A stretch of DNA of 64,000 bases. Origin: Patescibacteria group bacterium. GTDB taxonomy: Bacteria > Patescibacteriota > Minisyncoccia > Minisyncoccales > Staskawiczbacteraceae. The stretch is from positions 12,876 through 76,875 of the forward strand of contig JAKLDQ010000002.1 in NCBI GenBank assembly GCA_022703425.1. Reading direction: 5' to 3'. The position numbers were made by a program, and so were the translations under genes. The notes under the pieces are model-generated. The model was given only the letters and a program-made list of their open reading frames with translations, made no database searches and was not told where the DNA came from. Shown piece by piece: positions 45,075 to 54,545 of the stretch (positions are counted from its first letter, which is position 1; the number at the start of each line of letters is the position of its first letter).

Positions 45075-45088
45075 CCCTGCCCGCGCAA
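45075..45088 (+). repeat. Direct repeat of the tRNA-Asp 3' end (ccctgcccgcgcaa)
   Basis: The identical 14-mer occurs at 44783-44796, spanning the tRNA-Asp acceptor 3' strand and the first downstream bases. Confidence 0.8.
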
Positions 45089-45097
45089 AAATACAAA

Positions 45098-45128
45098 AAA
45101 CCGCCTTTTAATAGGGGCGGTTTTTTGG
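45098..45128 (+). terminator. Rho-independent terminator
   Basis: aaaaaaccgcc...ggcggtttttt stem-loop with flanking A and T runs. Confidence 0.7.
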
Positions 45129-45156
45129 TAAGGTAATAATATATCGTTCACAAATT

Positions 45157-45891
45157 ATGGAGGAAAATAAAATAAAAAAAATTGTAAAAGACGCTTATAA
45201 AGAAATAGCAACTTCTGGCTGCGGCTGCAGCTGTGGCTGCAATAGCGCCAAAAATATCTCAAAGAGCATCGGATATTCAGATGAGGAATTAAAAATAGTG
45301 GGCGAGGCGAATTTAGGATTGGGGTGCGGCAATCCTTTGGCTTTTGGAAGAATAAAAGAGGGCGATGTGGTTTTGGATCTGGGCTCCGGAGCCGGGATCG
45401 ATGCCATTCTAGCTGCAAAAAAAGTTGGCGGAAAAGGAAAAGTTATCGGAGTTGACATGACAAAGGAAATGATTGAGAAGGCAAAAGAAAATGCCAAAAA
45501 GCAAGGAGTTGATAATGCGGACTTTTTGCTGGGGGAAATTGAAAATTTGCCATTGGAAGATAATTCCGTAGATACAATTATTACAAACTGTGTTATAAAT
45601 CTAACTCCAGATAAAGCAAAAACATTCAGCGAAGCATACAGGGTTTTAAAACCCGGAGGAAAAATTTACCTCTCAGACATTGTTTTACTAAAAGAGCTGA
45701 CTGAAGAGCAGAGGAACGACAAGGAATTGATTTCGGGTTGCGTAGCGGGAGCCTTATTGAGAGATGATTATTTAAAGAAGATAAAAGGGGCTGGGTTTAG
45801 TGTGAAAGTGCTTTACGAGAATACCGGCATAAGCAAACAGCAGTATAACGGAATGCCGCTTGAGAGCATAATGGTTGAATTAACTAAATAA
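45157..45891 (+). CDS. arsM: Arsenite S-adenosylmethionine methyltransferase-like protein
   Basis: N-terminal Cys cluster SGCGCSCGCN, GLGCGNP, SAM motif VLDLGSGAGID, and NCVINL. Confidence 0.75.
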   Translation: MEENKIKKIVKDAYKEIATSGCGCSCGCNSAKNISKSIGYSDEELKIVGEANLGLGCGNPLAFGRIKEGDVVLDLGSGAGIDAILAAKKVGGKGKVIGVDMTKEMIEKAKENAKKQGVDNADFLLGEIENLPLEDNSVDTIITNCVINLTPDKAKTFSEAYRVLKPGGKIYLSDIVLLKELTEEQRNDKELISGCVAGALLRDDYLKKIKGAGFSVKVLYENTGISKQQYNGMPLESIMVELTK

Positions 45892-46165
45892 GACACAAGT
45901 TATACATTTCTGCTTTCATTATTTGCTAGTCAATTATTCTGAAAGCATCAGCAGGCTGAGACGTTTCCAACTTGCGGGACTGGGGGAGCCTTTTTATGAT
46001 TTTGGGAGCCTCTTCTGTCGGCGCAAAATTTTTAGGCAGAGTTATAAATTATACTGAAGATAAAACAATTACAGTTGCTACAGGTTACATCACCTTTCTG
46101 ATGGGGCTGGCCACTGTTGTTGCTCACAATGTTTGGGTTGCTGGGATCGGCTTTTAGTTATAAAA

Positions 46166-46199
46166 AACGGCTCAACCTGCGTTGAGCCGTTTTGTTTTT
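46166..46199. terminator. Bidirectional terminator
   Basis: aacggctcaac / gttgagccgtt stem with an A-run before and a T-run after. Confidence 0.75.
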
Positions 46200-46209
46200 A
46201 CCAAAACAA

Positions 46210-46641
46210 TCAATAATTGTAAGGATATCTGTAATTTGTGCCGAAATTCGCGCCATTAAAATTCTGACCATAAGCAGAGCCATAGCCTGCGCTGTAACCA
46301 GCGCCGTTGTAGTCTGTGCCAAAATTTTCGCCGTAACTCGCATATTCACCGTGGTTTGTTTGGTAGAAGTTATTTCCGTTAAAGGAGTAATTATTATTAA
46401 ACTGGCCGGGGTACGCGCGCGCTATATAATCTAAAAATGTGTAGTAATTGTAATAATTCGGATTTGGATAATTGGGCATCGGTTCTCCCGTGAAAGAGTT
46501 GATCTCAAAATCAGGCTGTTGGAAATAGTAACCGTTTGGATAATATCCTGCGTTGACTTCCGTTGCCGGAGCCAGCGCCAACGCCGAAGCCAAAAAGCCA
46601 AAAATAAAAATCGTTTTGGCAATTAAATTTTGTTTCTGCAT
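46210..46641 (-). CDS. Secreted Tyr/Asn/Gly-rich low-complexity protein
   Basis: I chose MQKQNLIAKTIFIFGFLASALALAPA (signal peptide) as the start. The mature part is dominated by Y, N, G and F (NYPNPNYYNYY, GAGYSAGYGSAYGQNFNG). Confidence 0.65.
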   Translation of the reverse strand: MQKQNLIAKTIFIFGFLASALALAPATEVNAGYYPNGYYFQQPDFEINSFTGEPMPNYPNPNYYNYYTFLDYIARAYPGQFNNNYSFNGNNFYQTNHGEYASYGENFGTDYNGAGYSAGYGSAYGQNFNGANFGTNYRYPYNY

Positions 46642-46758
46642 GCATTTGTACTTTTTAGTTTTCTCGACCTTTATAAAAAGGTATACGTAAATATGTGCAA
46701 AGCAGCACAATAGCTTTAATATATTTTTAATTTATGCAATTATTAGTGAATAATTAAT

Positions 46759-47757
46759 ATGGAAAACAAAGCAAGGGTGGTCTCTGAATACAAGGGCGCC
46801 TATAAGGTAAAAAATGAAAATGGCGAGTTTTTGGCGAAGGTAACCGGAAAGCAGATTTTTAATGCTGCATCAAGGGAGGACTTTCCTGCGGTGGGTGATT
46901 GGGTGGTAATAGACGAACTTCCAGAAAATAATGCAGTTATAAGAGAAATCCTGACCAGAAAAACCATAATTAAGAAAAAGTACAGCAGCGGAAGAAATGA
47001 TGTCCAGATTGTTGCAACAAATGTTGATGTTGCTTTTGTTGTGGAATCTGTCGGCAGAGATTATAACTTAAACAGATTTGAAAGATATTTTTCAATTGCT
47101 CGCGCCGGAGGAATAAAACCTGCGATTATTATTAATAAAATTGATTTAATATCCGCTGAAGAGCTGGAGAACAAATTAACCGAAATTAAGGAAAGATTTC
47201 CCGATACAGATGTTATTTGCTCGAGCACGCTGAAAGAGAGCGGACTTGCAGAATTGAAAAAGTATATTGAAAACGGCAAAACCTACTGTTTTCTTGGATC
47301 CTCCGGCGTCGGAAAATCTTCACTCATAAATATGTTGCTTGGCAGGGATTTTATTAAAACAGATGAAATCAGCTCATATTCAGAAAGAGGAAAGCACATA
47401 ACAACAAGAAGACAGATGTATTTTTTGGAAAATGGAGGAATTGTTATTGATAATCCCGGAATGCGGGAAGTTGGGATGGCAGATACAATTGAGGGGATAG
47501 ACGATTTGTTTGACGAGATTATAAAGCTTTCAGAAAACTGCAAATTTAAGGACTGTACGCACACGCACGAAAGCAGATGCGAAGTTTTAAGCGCGGTTAA
47601 CTCCGGAAAAATCGACAAGGAAAAATTTGAAAACTATTTGAGACTGAAAAAAGAATCAGATTATTACGAGATGTCTGAAATAGAAAAAAAAGAGAAAGAC
47701 CGCAGTTTCGGAAAGTTTTTAAAAAATGCCAAAAAAGAATTCAAAAAATACAAATAA
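46759..47757 (+). CDS. rsgA: Ribosome small-subunit-dependent GTPase A
   Basis: Circularly permuted GTPase motifs NKIDL, GSSGVGKSSLIN and DNPGMRE. Zinc motif CKFKDCTHTHESRC. Confidence 0.9.
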   Translation: MENKARVVSEYKGAYKVKNENGEFLAKVTGKQIFNAASREDFPAVGDWVVIDELPENNAVIREILTRKTIIKKKYSSGRNDVQIVATNVDVAFVVESVGRDYNLNRFERYFSIARAGGIKPAIIINKIDLISAEELENKLTEIKERFPDTDVICSSTLKESGLAELKKYIENGKTYCFLGSSGVGKSSLINMLLGRDFIKTDEISSYSERGKHITTRRQMYFLENGGIVIDNPGMREVGMADTIEGIDDLFDEIIKLSENCKFKDCTHTHESRCEVLSAVNSGKIDKEKFENYLRLKKESDYYEMSEIEKKEKDRSFGKFLKNAKKEFKKYK

Positions 47758-47852
47758 CTTTATGCCAGAAAACTGAAATTTAATTTTGAATTTGCGTATT
47801 AGTTAGATAGTTCCTTTGAAAAAGAAATCTCTTTAGAAAACGGAGGCATATC

Positions 47853-48791
47853 ATGCTACGTTTTGCGAATCTTGCGCTGGCGTTTGTTTTGTCTCTTGCT
47901 GTCGGTTTTGCAGACGGCAAGGAAGAAAAATCCAAAAAAGAAAAAGAGACAGAGAGGGTCATGAAAAAAGTGGCAGAAAAAGCGCTTGAACAGGGAGTAG
48001 AAGGTACTGCCTCAAAAGAAGTAAAAAAAGCACACGAAAAGCTTGAGAGCAGAAAAGCAGAAGCTCGCGAGGCGAAAAAAGACGCAAAAAACGCCGAAGG
48101 CAGGGCAAAATCCGCTGAAGCAAAACAGAAATCTGCCGAACGCGATCTGAGGACAAAATCACGCAAGGCGGAATCTGCCAAAGCAAAGTATGAAAAAATG
48201 CAGGCGGCGAAGGCTAACGGGGAAAAGGTTTCCAAAAAGTCTCTTGATAAAGCAACTAAAGACCTTGCAAATGCACAAGCCCAACAGAAAGCTGCTGAAT
48301 CTGCGCTTCGTAAGGCGGCAGATAAAACAGCCAGGTCCCAATCAAAGGTGAAAACCGCAAGAGAAGTGGCTGAGAAAGCCGTAAAAGAAGTCGCAAAGTA
48401 TGCAGGAAAACTTGAAGCAAAGGTTTTCATTGAAGCTGCGCTTAAAATCGGCATGAAAGTCAGCGTTATTGCAGACATACTCGGAGATGCCGAAACCACA
48501 GGCAAAGAAGCAGATCTCGAGACGTATGCAAAAAACCATCCCGAAGAAATGGAAAAGATTATGAAAGCATATGAAAAAGGCCTCAAGGAAAAAGAAAAAC
48601 GGGAGAGAGAAGAAAGAGAAAGGTCCGCCAATTCTTCCGGAAAGACAGAAAGAAGGGAGACTACGTACCGTGACGTGAATCCGGCTTCTGATACAAGGCT
48701 GGGGCCAGACCGTGCAAAAATGGACAAGGGGAATTCACAGGATAACGACAGCGGCTTCGGCGTGGATGCCAGAGGCTGGACGGAGTCTTGA
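47853..48791 (+). CDS. Secreted Lys/Ala/Glu-rich coiled-coil protein
   Basis: SD acggagg upstream. Signal peptide MLRFANLALAFVLSLAVGFA. A long K/A/E heptad-like region follows, and the terminator at 48803-48835 closes it. Confidence 0.65.
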   Translation: MLRFANLALAFVLSLAVGFADGKEEKSKKEKETERVMKKVAEKALEQGVEGTASKEVKKAHEKLESRKAEAREAKKDAKNAEGRAKSAEAKQKSAERDLRTKSRKAESAKAKYEKMQAAKANGEKVSKKSLDKATKDLANAQAQQKAAESALRKAADKTARSQSKVKTAREVAEKAVKEVAKYAGKLEAKVFIEAALKIGMKVSVIADILGDAETTGKEADLETYAKNHPEEMEKIMKAYEKGLKEKEKREREERERSANSSGKTERRETTYRDVNPASDTRLGPDRAKMDKGNSQDNDSGFGVDARGWTES

Positions 48792-48802
48792 AATCCAGAG
48801 TC

Positions 48803-48835
48803 ATGCTCTGCAACACGAAGTTGCAGAGCATTTTA
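48803..48835 (+). terminator. Rho-independent terminator
   Basis: 12-bp stem atgctctgcaac / gttgcagagcat followed by T4. Confidence 0.8.
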
Positions 48836-48874
48836 TTTATCGCCATAGAGGCGATTTTTTGTTAAAATTAGGAA

Positions 48875-49870
48875 ATGGCAAAGAAAAATCAGAAAAAACA
48901 GAAGAGCAAAAAAAAGCTAAAGAAATTTAATTTATTTAAATCTGTTTTTTCATGGATTTTGTCTGTTTGTTTTTTTGCACTGCTCTTTGTGTTTTTCTGG
49001 AAAGCAGGTTCAATTCCTCAGCATCAGATCAGCATATCCAGCGATAATTTTGAGCAGGGAGATACGATTGTTTTGAAAGTAAGCGGGAAATATCCGTGGG
49101 TGAACGGTTTATATAATGAAGAAAGCATTCCGTTCTTTCGCAAAGGAGAAAGTTCGGACTGGTCTGCAATTTTAGGAATAGATATAAATGAGAAACCCGG
49201 CCTCAATAAAATTTTTATTGATGCGTACGGCGAAAAATTGGAAAAAGAAGTTGTTATAAATGAAAAAGAATTTCCGTCAAAACAAATGGCTCTTTCCAAA
49301 CAACTGGATGAGAAAGGATATACGAAGGAAAAAATAATCGAGAACGTTGTTAATACTGATAATCCCGCCTTAAATGAAGTTCTTACAAAGTTCACTCCCG
49401 AGGCATATTTTGATGGTTCGTTTGCTTACCCGCTTGATAATATTAAAAAAGCTGGTTTTGGATTTGGAGATTTTATCAGAAGCGGCACTGATTTTTTAAG
49501 GCATTTCGGAGTTGATTTGAAGGCGTCAGACGAGACCAGAGTTTACGCTATCAATGACGGAAAAGTTGTTCTTGTAAAAAACCTTTCAAATTACGGCAAA
49601 ACAATTGTAATAGACCACGGAGTGGGGATTTATTCGTTATATTTGCATTTAAGTTCATTTGATGTTTCTTTAAACCAGCAAGTCAAAAAGAAGCAGCAAA
49701 TAGCCCTTTCTGGAAGCACCGGCTACTCAACGGGTCCTCATCTGCATTTTTCAATCCGCGACAACAAAGCTAGAGTTGATCCCGTTTTGTTTATTGAGAG
49801 AACAAAAGACATGGATTACGGGCTGAATTTTGCGAATATCTCAAAAGCTTTTTTAAACGTATTCAGATGA
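48875..49870 (+). CDS. Membrane-anchored M23/LytM-family metallopeptidase
   Basis: HFGVDL (HxxxD) and GPHLHFS (HxH) motifs. N-terminal basic stretch plus a TM helix. Confidence 0.8.
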   Translation: MAKKNQKKQKSKKKLKKFNLFKSVFSWILSVCFFALLFVFFWKAGSIPQHQISISSDNFEQGDTIVLKVSGKYPWVNGLYNEESIPFFRKGESSDWSAILGIDINEKPGLNKIFIDAYGEKLEKEVVINEKEFPSKQMALSKQLDEKGYTKEKIIENVVNTDNPALNEVLTKFTPEAYFDGSFAYPLDNIKKAGFGFGDFIRSGTDFLRHFGVDLKASDETRVYAINDGKVVLVKNLSNYGKTIVIDHGVGIYSLYLHLSSFDVSLNQQVKKKQQIALSGSTGYSTGPHLHFSIRDNKARVDPVLFIERTKDMDYGLNFANISKAFLNVFR

Positions 49871-52374
49871 AATTCAAAAGTTTAAGTCAAAATGAGGTAA
49901 AACAAAGGCAGGCGAAATATGGGCGTAATTCTCTTCCTGAAGAGAAGGTGGCATCCGGATTTAGGATTTTTTTATCGCAGTTTGCTAATCCGCTTGTTTA
50001 TATCTTGCTTGTGGCAGGGCTTATTTCCGTTTTCTCAAAAAAATATATAGACATTTTGCTTATTTTTTCTGTTGTTTTGGTAAATGCAGCAATGGGATTT
50101 TTTCAGGAATATAAAACACAAAAAACACTTTCTGCCTTGAAAAAACTTATCAAACCGGCGGCAAAGGTTCTTAGGGGAGGGAAAAAACAAAGTATCTCAG
50201 CTATTGATATTGTTCCGGGTGATGTTGTATTTTTGGGATCAGGAGACAGAGTGCCCGCCGACGGTAGAATATTGGAATCTGTTTCTTTCCTTGTGAACGA
50301 ATCTGTTCTGACGGGTGAGAGTGAAGCGGTAAACAAGAAAAAAAATGATGAAGTGTTTATGGGAACTATTGTATTGTCGGGAAGGGCGATATTTGAGGTG
50401 ACAAAAATCGGATTAAAAACTAAAGTGGGAGAGATCGCTCGTTCAGTTAAGGAAACAATCCAGCCGGAGACCACACTTCAGCTCCGGCTAAAAAAACTGA
50501 CTCATTCGCTGATATCGATATCTCTTCTTTTATGCCTGTTAATCTTTTTCTTCGGTTTTTTTGTTGGGAGAGATTTTTGGCAGATGTTGGAGCTTTCAGC
50601 CGTTCTTTTGGTGGCTGTCATACCCGAGGCGCTTCTTATTGTTATTACCCTGATTCTTGTTTCAGCGATGCGGGACAGTTTAAAAAGAAATGCGCTGATA
50701 AGGAAAATTCTTGCAGTTGAAACGCTGGGATCCGTGACAACAATATGCATGGATAAAACCGGAACGCTGACTGAGGGCAAAATGAAGATTGCAGAAACGC
50801 ATTTTATAAATGAAAGAAACAGTTTTTTAACAATGTGTTTGTGCAACGATATAAACGATACGGTGGAAATAGCGCTTTGGGAATATTTGAAAAAGCTGAA
50901 AGGATTTGATCAGCAATCCATTTATGATTCAAATGAGAGGGTTTTTGAAATTTCCTTTGCATCAGAGCACAAATTTATGGCTACGGTAAATTCTGAAAAT
51001 AATAACGACGGACGATATGTTTTATATGTTAAGGGTGCACCAGAGATAATTTTATCTATGTGTAAAATTTCTGCAGCGGAGAAGAATATAGCAGAGAAAA
51101 AAATAAATGAATGGGCGGAGAAGGGGTTAAAAGTTCTCGGACTTGCCTCAAAAAAAATATCAAAAAAAGATATTGAAAAAATTTCTGCAAAAGAAATTTC
51201 GGGGCTTGCCTGGAACGGGATGCTTGGAATATGGGATCCTCCCAGAAAGGAAGTAAAAGAAACTCTTGCGATAGCTCAAAGGTCAGGATTAAGTCTAAAG
51301 GTTGTAACTGGAGATTTTTATAAAACTGCGGAGAAGGTTCTGGCACATCTGGGAATGGAGCTTTCCCCGAATGAAATTTTGGAAGGACGGAAATTAAATG
51401 ATATGTCGGACGGACAATTAAAAAAGATCGTGGATAAAATTGTGCTGTTTGCCCGCGTGACGCCGAACCAAAAGTTAAGAATAGTGAATGCGCTACAGGA
51501 GAAAGGCGAGATCGTTGCCATGACGGGAGATGGAGTGAATGATGCGCCGGCTCTTAAAAAATCAAACATCGGTATCGTTGTTGGCGAAGCATCTGAGGTG
51601 GCAAAAGAGACTGCCGATATGATTCTTTTGGACAGTAACTTCAAAACAATAGTTTCCGCTGTTGAGGTTGGCCGTTTGGTCTTTGAAAATATTAAAAAAA
51701 TTATTTTATTTATATTATCCAATTCTTTTGCCGAGGTGGTTGTTATTCTGGGGGCATTGCTTATGGGATGGCCTTTCCCGCTTTCTGCGGTACAGATTCT
51801 TTGGCTCCATTTATTATGCGATGGTCCCGAGGATTTTATTTTGGGATTTGAGCCGAAGGAAAAGGAAACAATGCTTGAAGGCCCAAAAAGAATGAACGAA
51901 CCCATCCTGGACAAGCTTGGTATTTTTTTGATTTTTGTAATATCCATTCTGTCGGGTCTTATTTCTTTGGGTTTTTTCTGGTATTTCGGATTATATAAAG
52001 GGGACCTCATTCTTGGACAGACGATGTCATTTATGTCTTTGGCATTCAGCTCTGTTACCTATATTTTCTCCTGCCGGACACTAAGAAAACCTTTTTGGAA
52101 GTACGAAAACTTCTGGTCAAATAAGTGGCTTTTTGCTGTTGTGCTTTTTAGTTTGTCTTTGGCAGTTGTAATTACTTACTGGCCAGTCACACAAAACATT
52201 CTTGATATTACGCCATTGAGCGTCCTTCACTGGAGTCTTCTGATCGCTAAGGCAGTTTTATTGGTGGGAATAATTGAAACGGCAAAATATTTTTATCGAA
52301 ATGGAAAAATAAAAATAGAAACAAACAAAAACAAAGTGATATCTGGTATCGAAGGAAAACCTGTTTGGAATTAA
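49867..52374 (+). CDS. P-type cation-transporting ATPase (type II, Ca2+/Mg2+-like)
   Basis: TGES, phosphorylation site CMDKTGTLT, and hinge TGDGVNDAPALK. 835 aa with about 10 TM helices. Confidence 0.85.
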   Translation: MKFKSLSQNEVKQRQAKYGRNSLPEEKVASGFRIFLSQFANPLVYILLVAGLISVFSKKYIDILLIFSVVLVNAAMGFFQEYKTQKTLSALKKLIKPAAKVLRGGKKQSISAIDIVPGDVVFLGSGDRVPADGRILESVSFLVNESVLTGESEAVNKKKNDEVFMGTIVLSGRAIFEVTKIGLKTKVGEIARSVKETIQPETTLQLRLKKLTHSLISISLLLCLLIFFFGFFVGRDFWQMLELSAVLLVAVIPEALLIVITLILVSAMRDSLKRNALIRKILAVETLGSVTTICMDKTGTLTEGKMKIAETHFINERNSFLTMCLCNDINDTVEIALWEYLKKLKGFDQQSIYDSNERVFEISFASEHKFMATVNSENNNDGRYVLYVKGAPEIILSMCKISAAEKNIAEKKINEWAEKGLKVLGLASKKISKKDIEKISAKEISGLAWNGMLGIWDPPRKEVKETLAIAQRSGLSLKVVTGDFYKTAEKVLAHLGMELSPNEILEGRKLNDMSDGQLKKIVDKIVLFARVTPNQKLRIVNALQEKGEIVAMTGDGVNDAPALKKSNIGIVVGEASEVAKETADMILLDSNFKTIVSAVEVGRLVFENIKKIILFILSNSFAEVVVILGALLMGWPFPLSAVQILWLHLLCDGPEDFILGFEPKEKETMLEGPKRMNEPILDKLGIFLIFVISILSGLISLGFFWYFGLYKGDLILGQTMSFMSLAFSSVTYIFSCRTLRKPFWKYENFWSNKWLFAVVLFSLSLAVVITYWPVTQNILDITPLSVLHWSLLIAKAVLLVGIIETAKYFYRNGKIKIETNKNKVISGIEGKPVWN

Positions 52375-52448
52375 GAAAGCTTTTATTTTTTCTTTTTTAT
52401 GCTAACATTGAAAAAGATTGCCTAGCTGGCAATCTTTTATCTTTATTT

Positions 52449-53804
52449 ATGAAAATCAATTTTTTAAATTTTATTCTGGTCTCTGTATTATTTGTTGGTT
52501 CTTTTTGCTTTGCCTCCGGTTCTGCTGTTTCAAGCCAGCACGAAATTACATCGACTCTTCTCTGGATAGTGATAATACTAATTTCCGCGAAAATATCCAG
52601 CTTGATTGAAAGATTTGGCCAGCCGGCGGTTCTGGGCGAACTTATTACCGGTGTACTGTTAGGAAATGTCGCACTTTTGGGAATAAGTTTTCTTGAGCCG
52701 ATGAAAAACAGCCAACTTCTCGCTTTTTTATCGGAACTTGGGGTAATCATACTGTTGTTCCAGGTAGGGCTTGAATCAAATATTTCCCAGATGAGGAAAG
52801 TGGGCTTTCGGGCTTTATTGGTTGCTGTTGTGGGGGTTGTTTGTCCTTTTGTTTTGGGGGCTTATTTAGTCGGACCCTGGCTGTTTCCTGGCCTGGCGGC
52901 AAACGCATATTTATTTTTAGGTGCGGCTTTAACAGCAACATCTGTCGGGATTACTGCAAGAGTATTTAAGGATTTAAATACTCTGAAAACATCCGAAGCA
53001 CAGATTGTTTTGGGAGCAGCGGTGATTGATGATGTAATTGGGCTTGTTATTCTTGCTGTGGTTTCCGCTATTGCGACAGTCGGAGCTGTCAGTCTGGCGG
53101 GGGTCGTTGCGATTCTTTTCAAGGCAATTGCATTTCTTACAGGTTCTGTATTTTTTGGGCACCTTCTTGCTCCTATGCTTGGAAAAGTTCTTTCAAAAAT
53201 TCACACCGGTATTGGGATGAAATTTGCACTTGCTCTTTCATTTGCATTAATTTTCTCATTCCTAGCGGGAGAAATGGGGCTGGCTCCGATCGTCGGAGCA
53301 TTTGCAGCTGGCCTTGTGTTGGATCCAGTTCATTTTAAATATTTTAAAAAACCAAAAATTTCCGAGGAGCTCGAAAAAGTTAGAAATATTCCCGGAAGGA
53401 TGGAGATACAAAAAATCGCAAGTTTATACACAGAGAAGCATGTAGAGGATTTAATCGAACCCCTGGCTCACTTTCTTGTTCCGGTTTTCTTTGTTATGAC
53501 CGGAATGAACGTTCAAATACAAACACTTTTCAATCCAAAAGTTCTTCTCGTTTCATTAGGAATTCTTGTTGTTGCTATTGCAGGCAAATATGTCTCTGGG
53601 TGCTTCGCAGGAAAAGTTAACAGAAATATAGTTGGCTTCGGGATGGTTCCGAGAGGGGAGGTGGGCCTGATTTTTGCTTCAATTGGGAGCGGCCTTGGAG
53701 TTATAAACCACGAAATTTTTTCGGTGATTGTAATCATGGTAATTTTTACAACTCTTTTTACTCCTCCGATTTTGACATATCTTATAAAAAAGGAACGCTC
53801 CTAG
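52449..53804 (+). CDS. Cation:proton antiporter (CPA2/Kef-NapA-like)
   Basis: About 12 TM helices. Reads QPAVLGELITGVLLGN. I chose the ATG at 52449, downstream of a hairpin that follows the ATPase stop. Confidence 0.75.
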   Translation: MKINFLNFILVSVLFVGSFCFASGSAVSSQHEITSTLLWIVIILISAKISSLIERFGQPAVLGELITGVLLGNVALLGISFLEPMKNSQLLAFLSELGVIILLFQVGLESNISQMRKVGFRALLVAVVGVVCPFVLGAYLVGPWLFPGLAANAYLFLGAALTATSVGITARVFKDLNTLKTSEAQIVLGAAVIDDVIGLVILAVVSAIATVGAVSLAGVVAILFKAIAFLTGSVFFGHLLAPMLGKVLSKIHTGIGMKFALALSFALIFSFLAGEMGLAPIVGAFAAGLVLDPVHFKYFKKPKISEELEKVRNIPGRMEIQKIASLYTEKHVEDLIEPLAHFLVPVFFVMTGMNVQIQTLFNPKVLLVSLGILVVAIAGKYVSGCFAGKVNRNIVGFGMVPRGEVGLIFASIGSGLGVINHEIFSVIVIMVIFTTLFTPPILTYLIKKERS

Positions 53805-54148
53805 TCTTGTGCAGCTTCCATTTCCCGGCAGGACGCAGCACATTCTCTGCAAATTTTTGCACACTCTTTCATCTGGGCATCTTCTTTGCCGATAGCGTCA
53901 CAGCTTTCTGCGCATTTGTCACACACCTCTGCGCATTCTTCGCAGAATTCGGCAGAATTGGGCGACATCCGAAGCATCAGGTTTTGCGAAATCTTGCATG
54001 CTTCCGCGCAATCCATGAGAACACCTATGTGTTCTGAACTGGCGTGTTCACCCCCCATTTTTAAGCAATGGGCAATTGTTTTGATGCATTCTTCATAGCA
54101 CTTTGAACAATCTTCTATGCATTTTTTTGTTGTTTTGTCGTATTCCAT
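53801..54148 (-). CDS. Four-helix-bundle Cys-rich metal-binding protein (DUF326 / Csp-like)
   Basis: Repeated CxxxCxxC spacing (CAEACKIS, CEECAEVCDKCAESC, CAKICRECAASC). Confidence 0.75.
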   Translation of the reverse strand: MEYDKTTKKCIEDCSKCYEECIKTIAHCLKMGGEHASSEHIGVLMDCAEACKISQNLMLRMSPNSAEFCEECAEVCDKCAESCDAIGKEDAQMKECAKICRECAASCREMEAAQD

Positions 54149-54215
54149 ATAAATTATACAAAAAATAGCCAGTTCATCTTTGCAGGCTATTGACAGACGG
54201 TTTTGGATATAATAT

Positions 54216-54237
54216 CATTCAAATATACATTTGAATG
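54216..54237. promoter_or_regulatory. Candidate ArsR/SmtB operator (9-4-9 perfect inverted repeat)
   Basis: CATTCAAAT-atac-ATTTGAATG lies immediately upstream of the arsR-like ATG, in the divergent intergenic region. Confidence 0.55.
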
Positions 54238-54238
54238 T

Positions 54239-54532
54239 ATGAAAAAGACACTATTGCCGGAAAAAACAAGCAGGCTCGCAAAGTTTTTGCGGGTTGCGGG
54301 AGACGAAAACAGAATCAGAATCATGTGTCTGCTTTTTAAACGTAAAAAAATTTGCGTGTCAGACATAGCTGAGGAGCTTTCAATAAGTGTGGCAATATCG
54401 TCACATCATCTGCAGGAATTGTTGAAGGCAGGTATTGTTCTCAGCGAAAGAAACGGAAAAGAAATATGTTACTTTCTTGCAAAGTCTGCGCTTGTGTCTG
54501 ATTTCAAAAAATTTATTTGTAAATATAAATAA
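54239..54532 (+). CDS. ArsR/SmtB-family metalloregulator
   Basis: wHTH LRVAGDENRIRIMCLL...ICVSDIAEELSISVAISSHHLQELLKAGIV. Confidence 0.8.
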   Translation: MKKTLLPEKTSRLAKFLRVAGDENRIRIMCLLFKRKKICVSDIAEELSISVAISSHHLQELLKAGIVLSERNGKEICYFLAKSALVSDFKKFICKYK

Positions 54533-54545
54533 AACAAAAATAGAT

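Noticed and set aside
45972-46157. 61-aa ORF (TTG start; 53 aa from an internal ATG) with a hydrophobic C-terminal half
   Set aside because: It has no SD and no recognisable family, and it begins inside the direct repeat downstream of arsM. It may be a gene remnant, so I mention it only under the arsM and tRNA-Asp finding.
54190-54213. ttgaca ... tataat pair upstream of the arsR-like gene as its promoter
   Set aside because: The hexamers are good but only 12 nt apart, which is too short for a standard sigma70 promoter. I did not annotate it.
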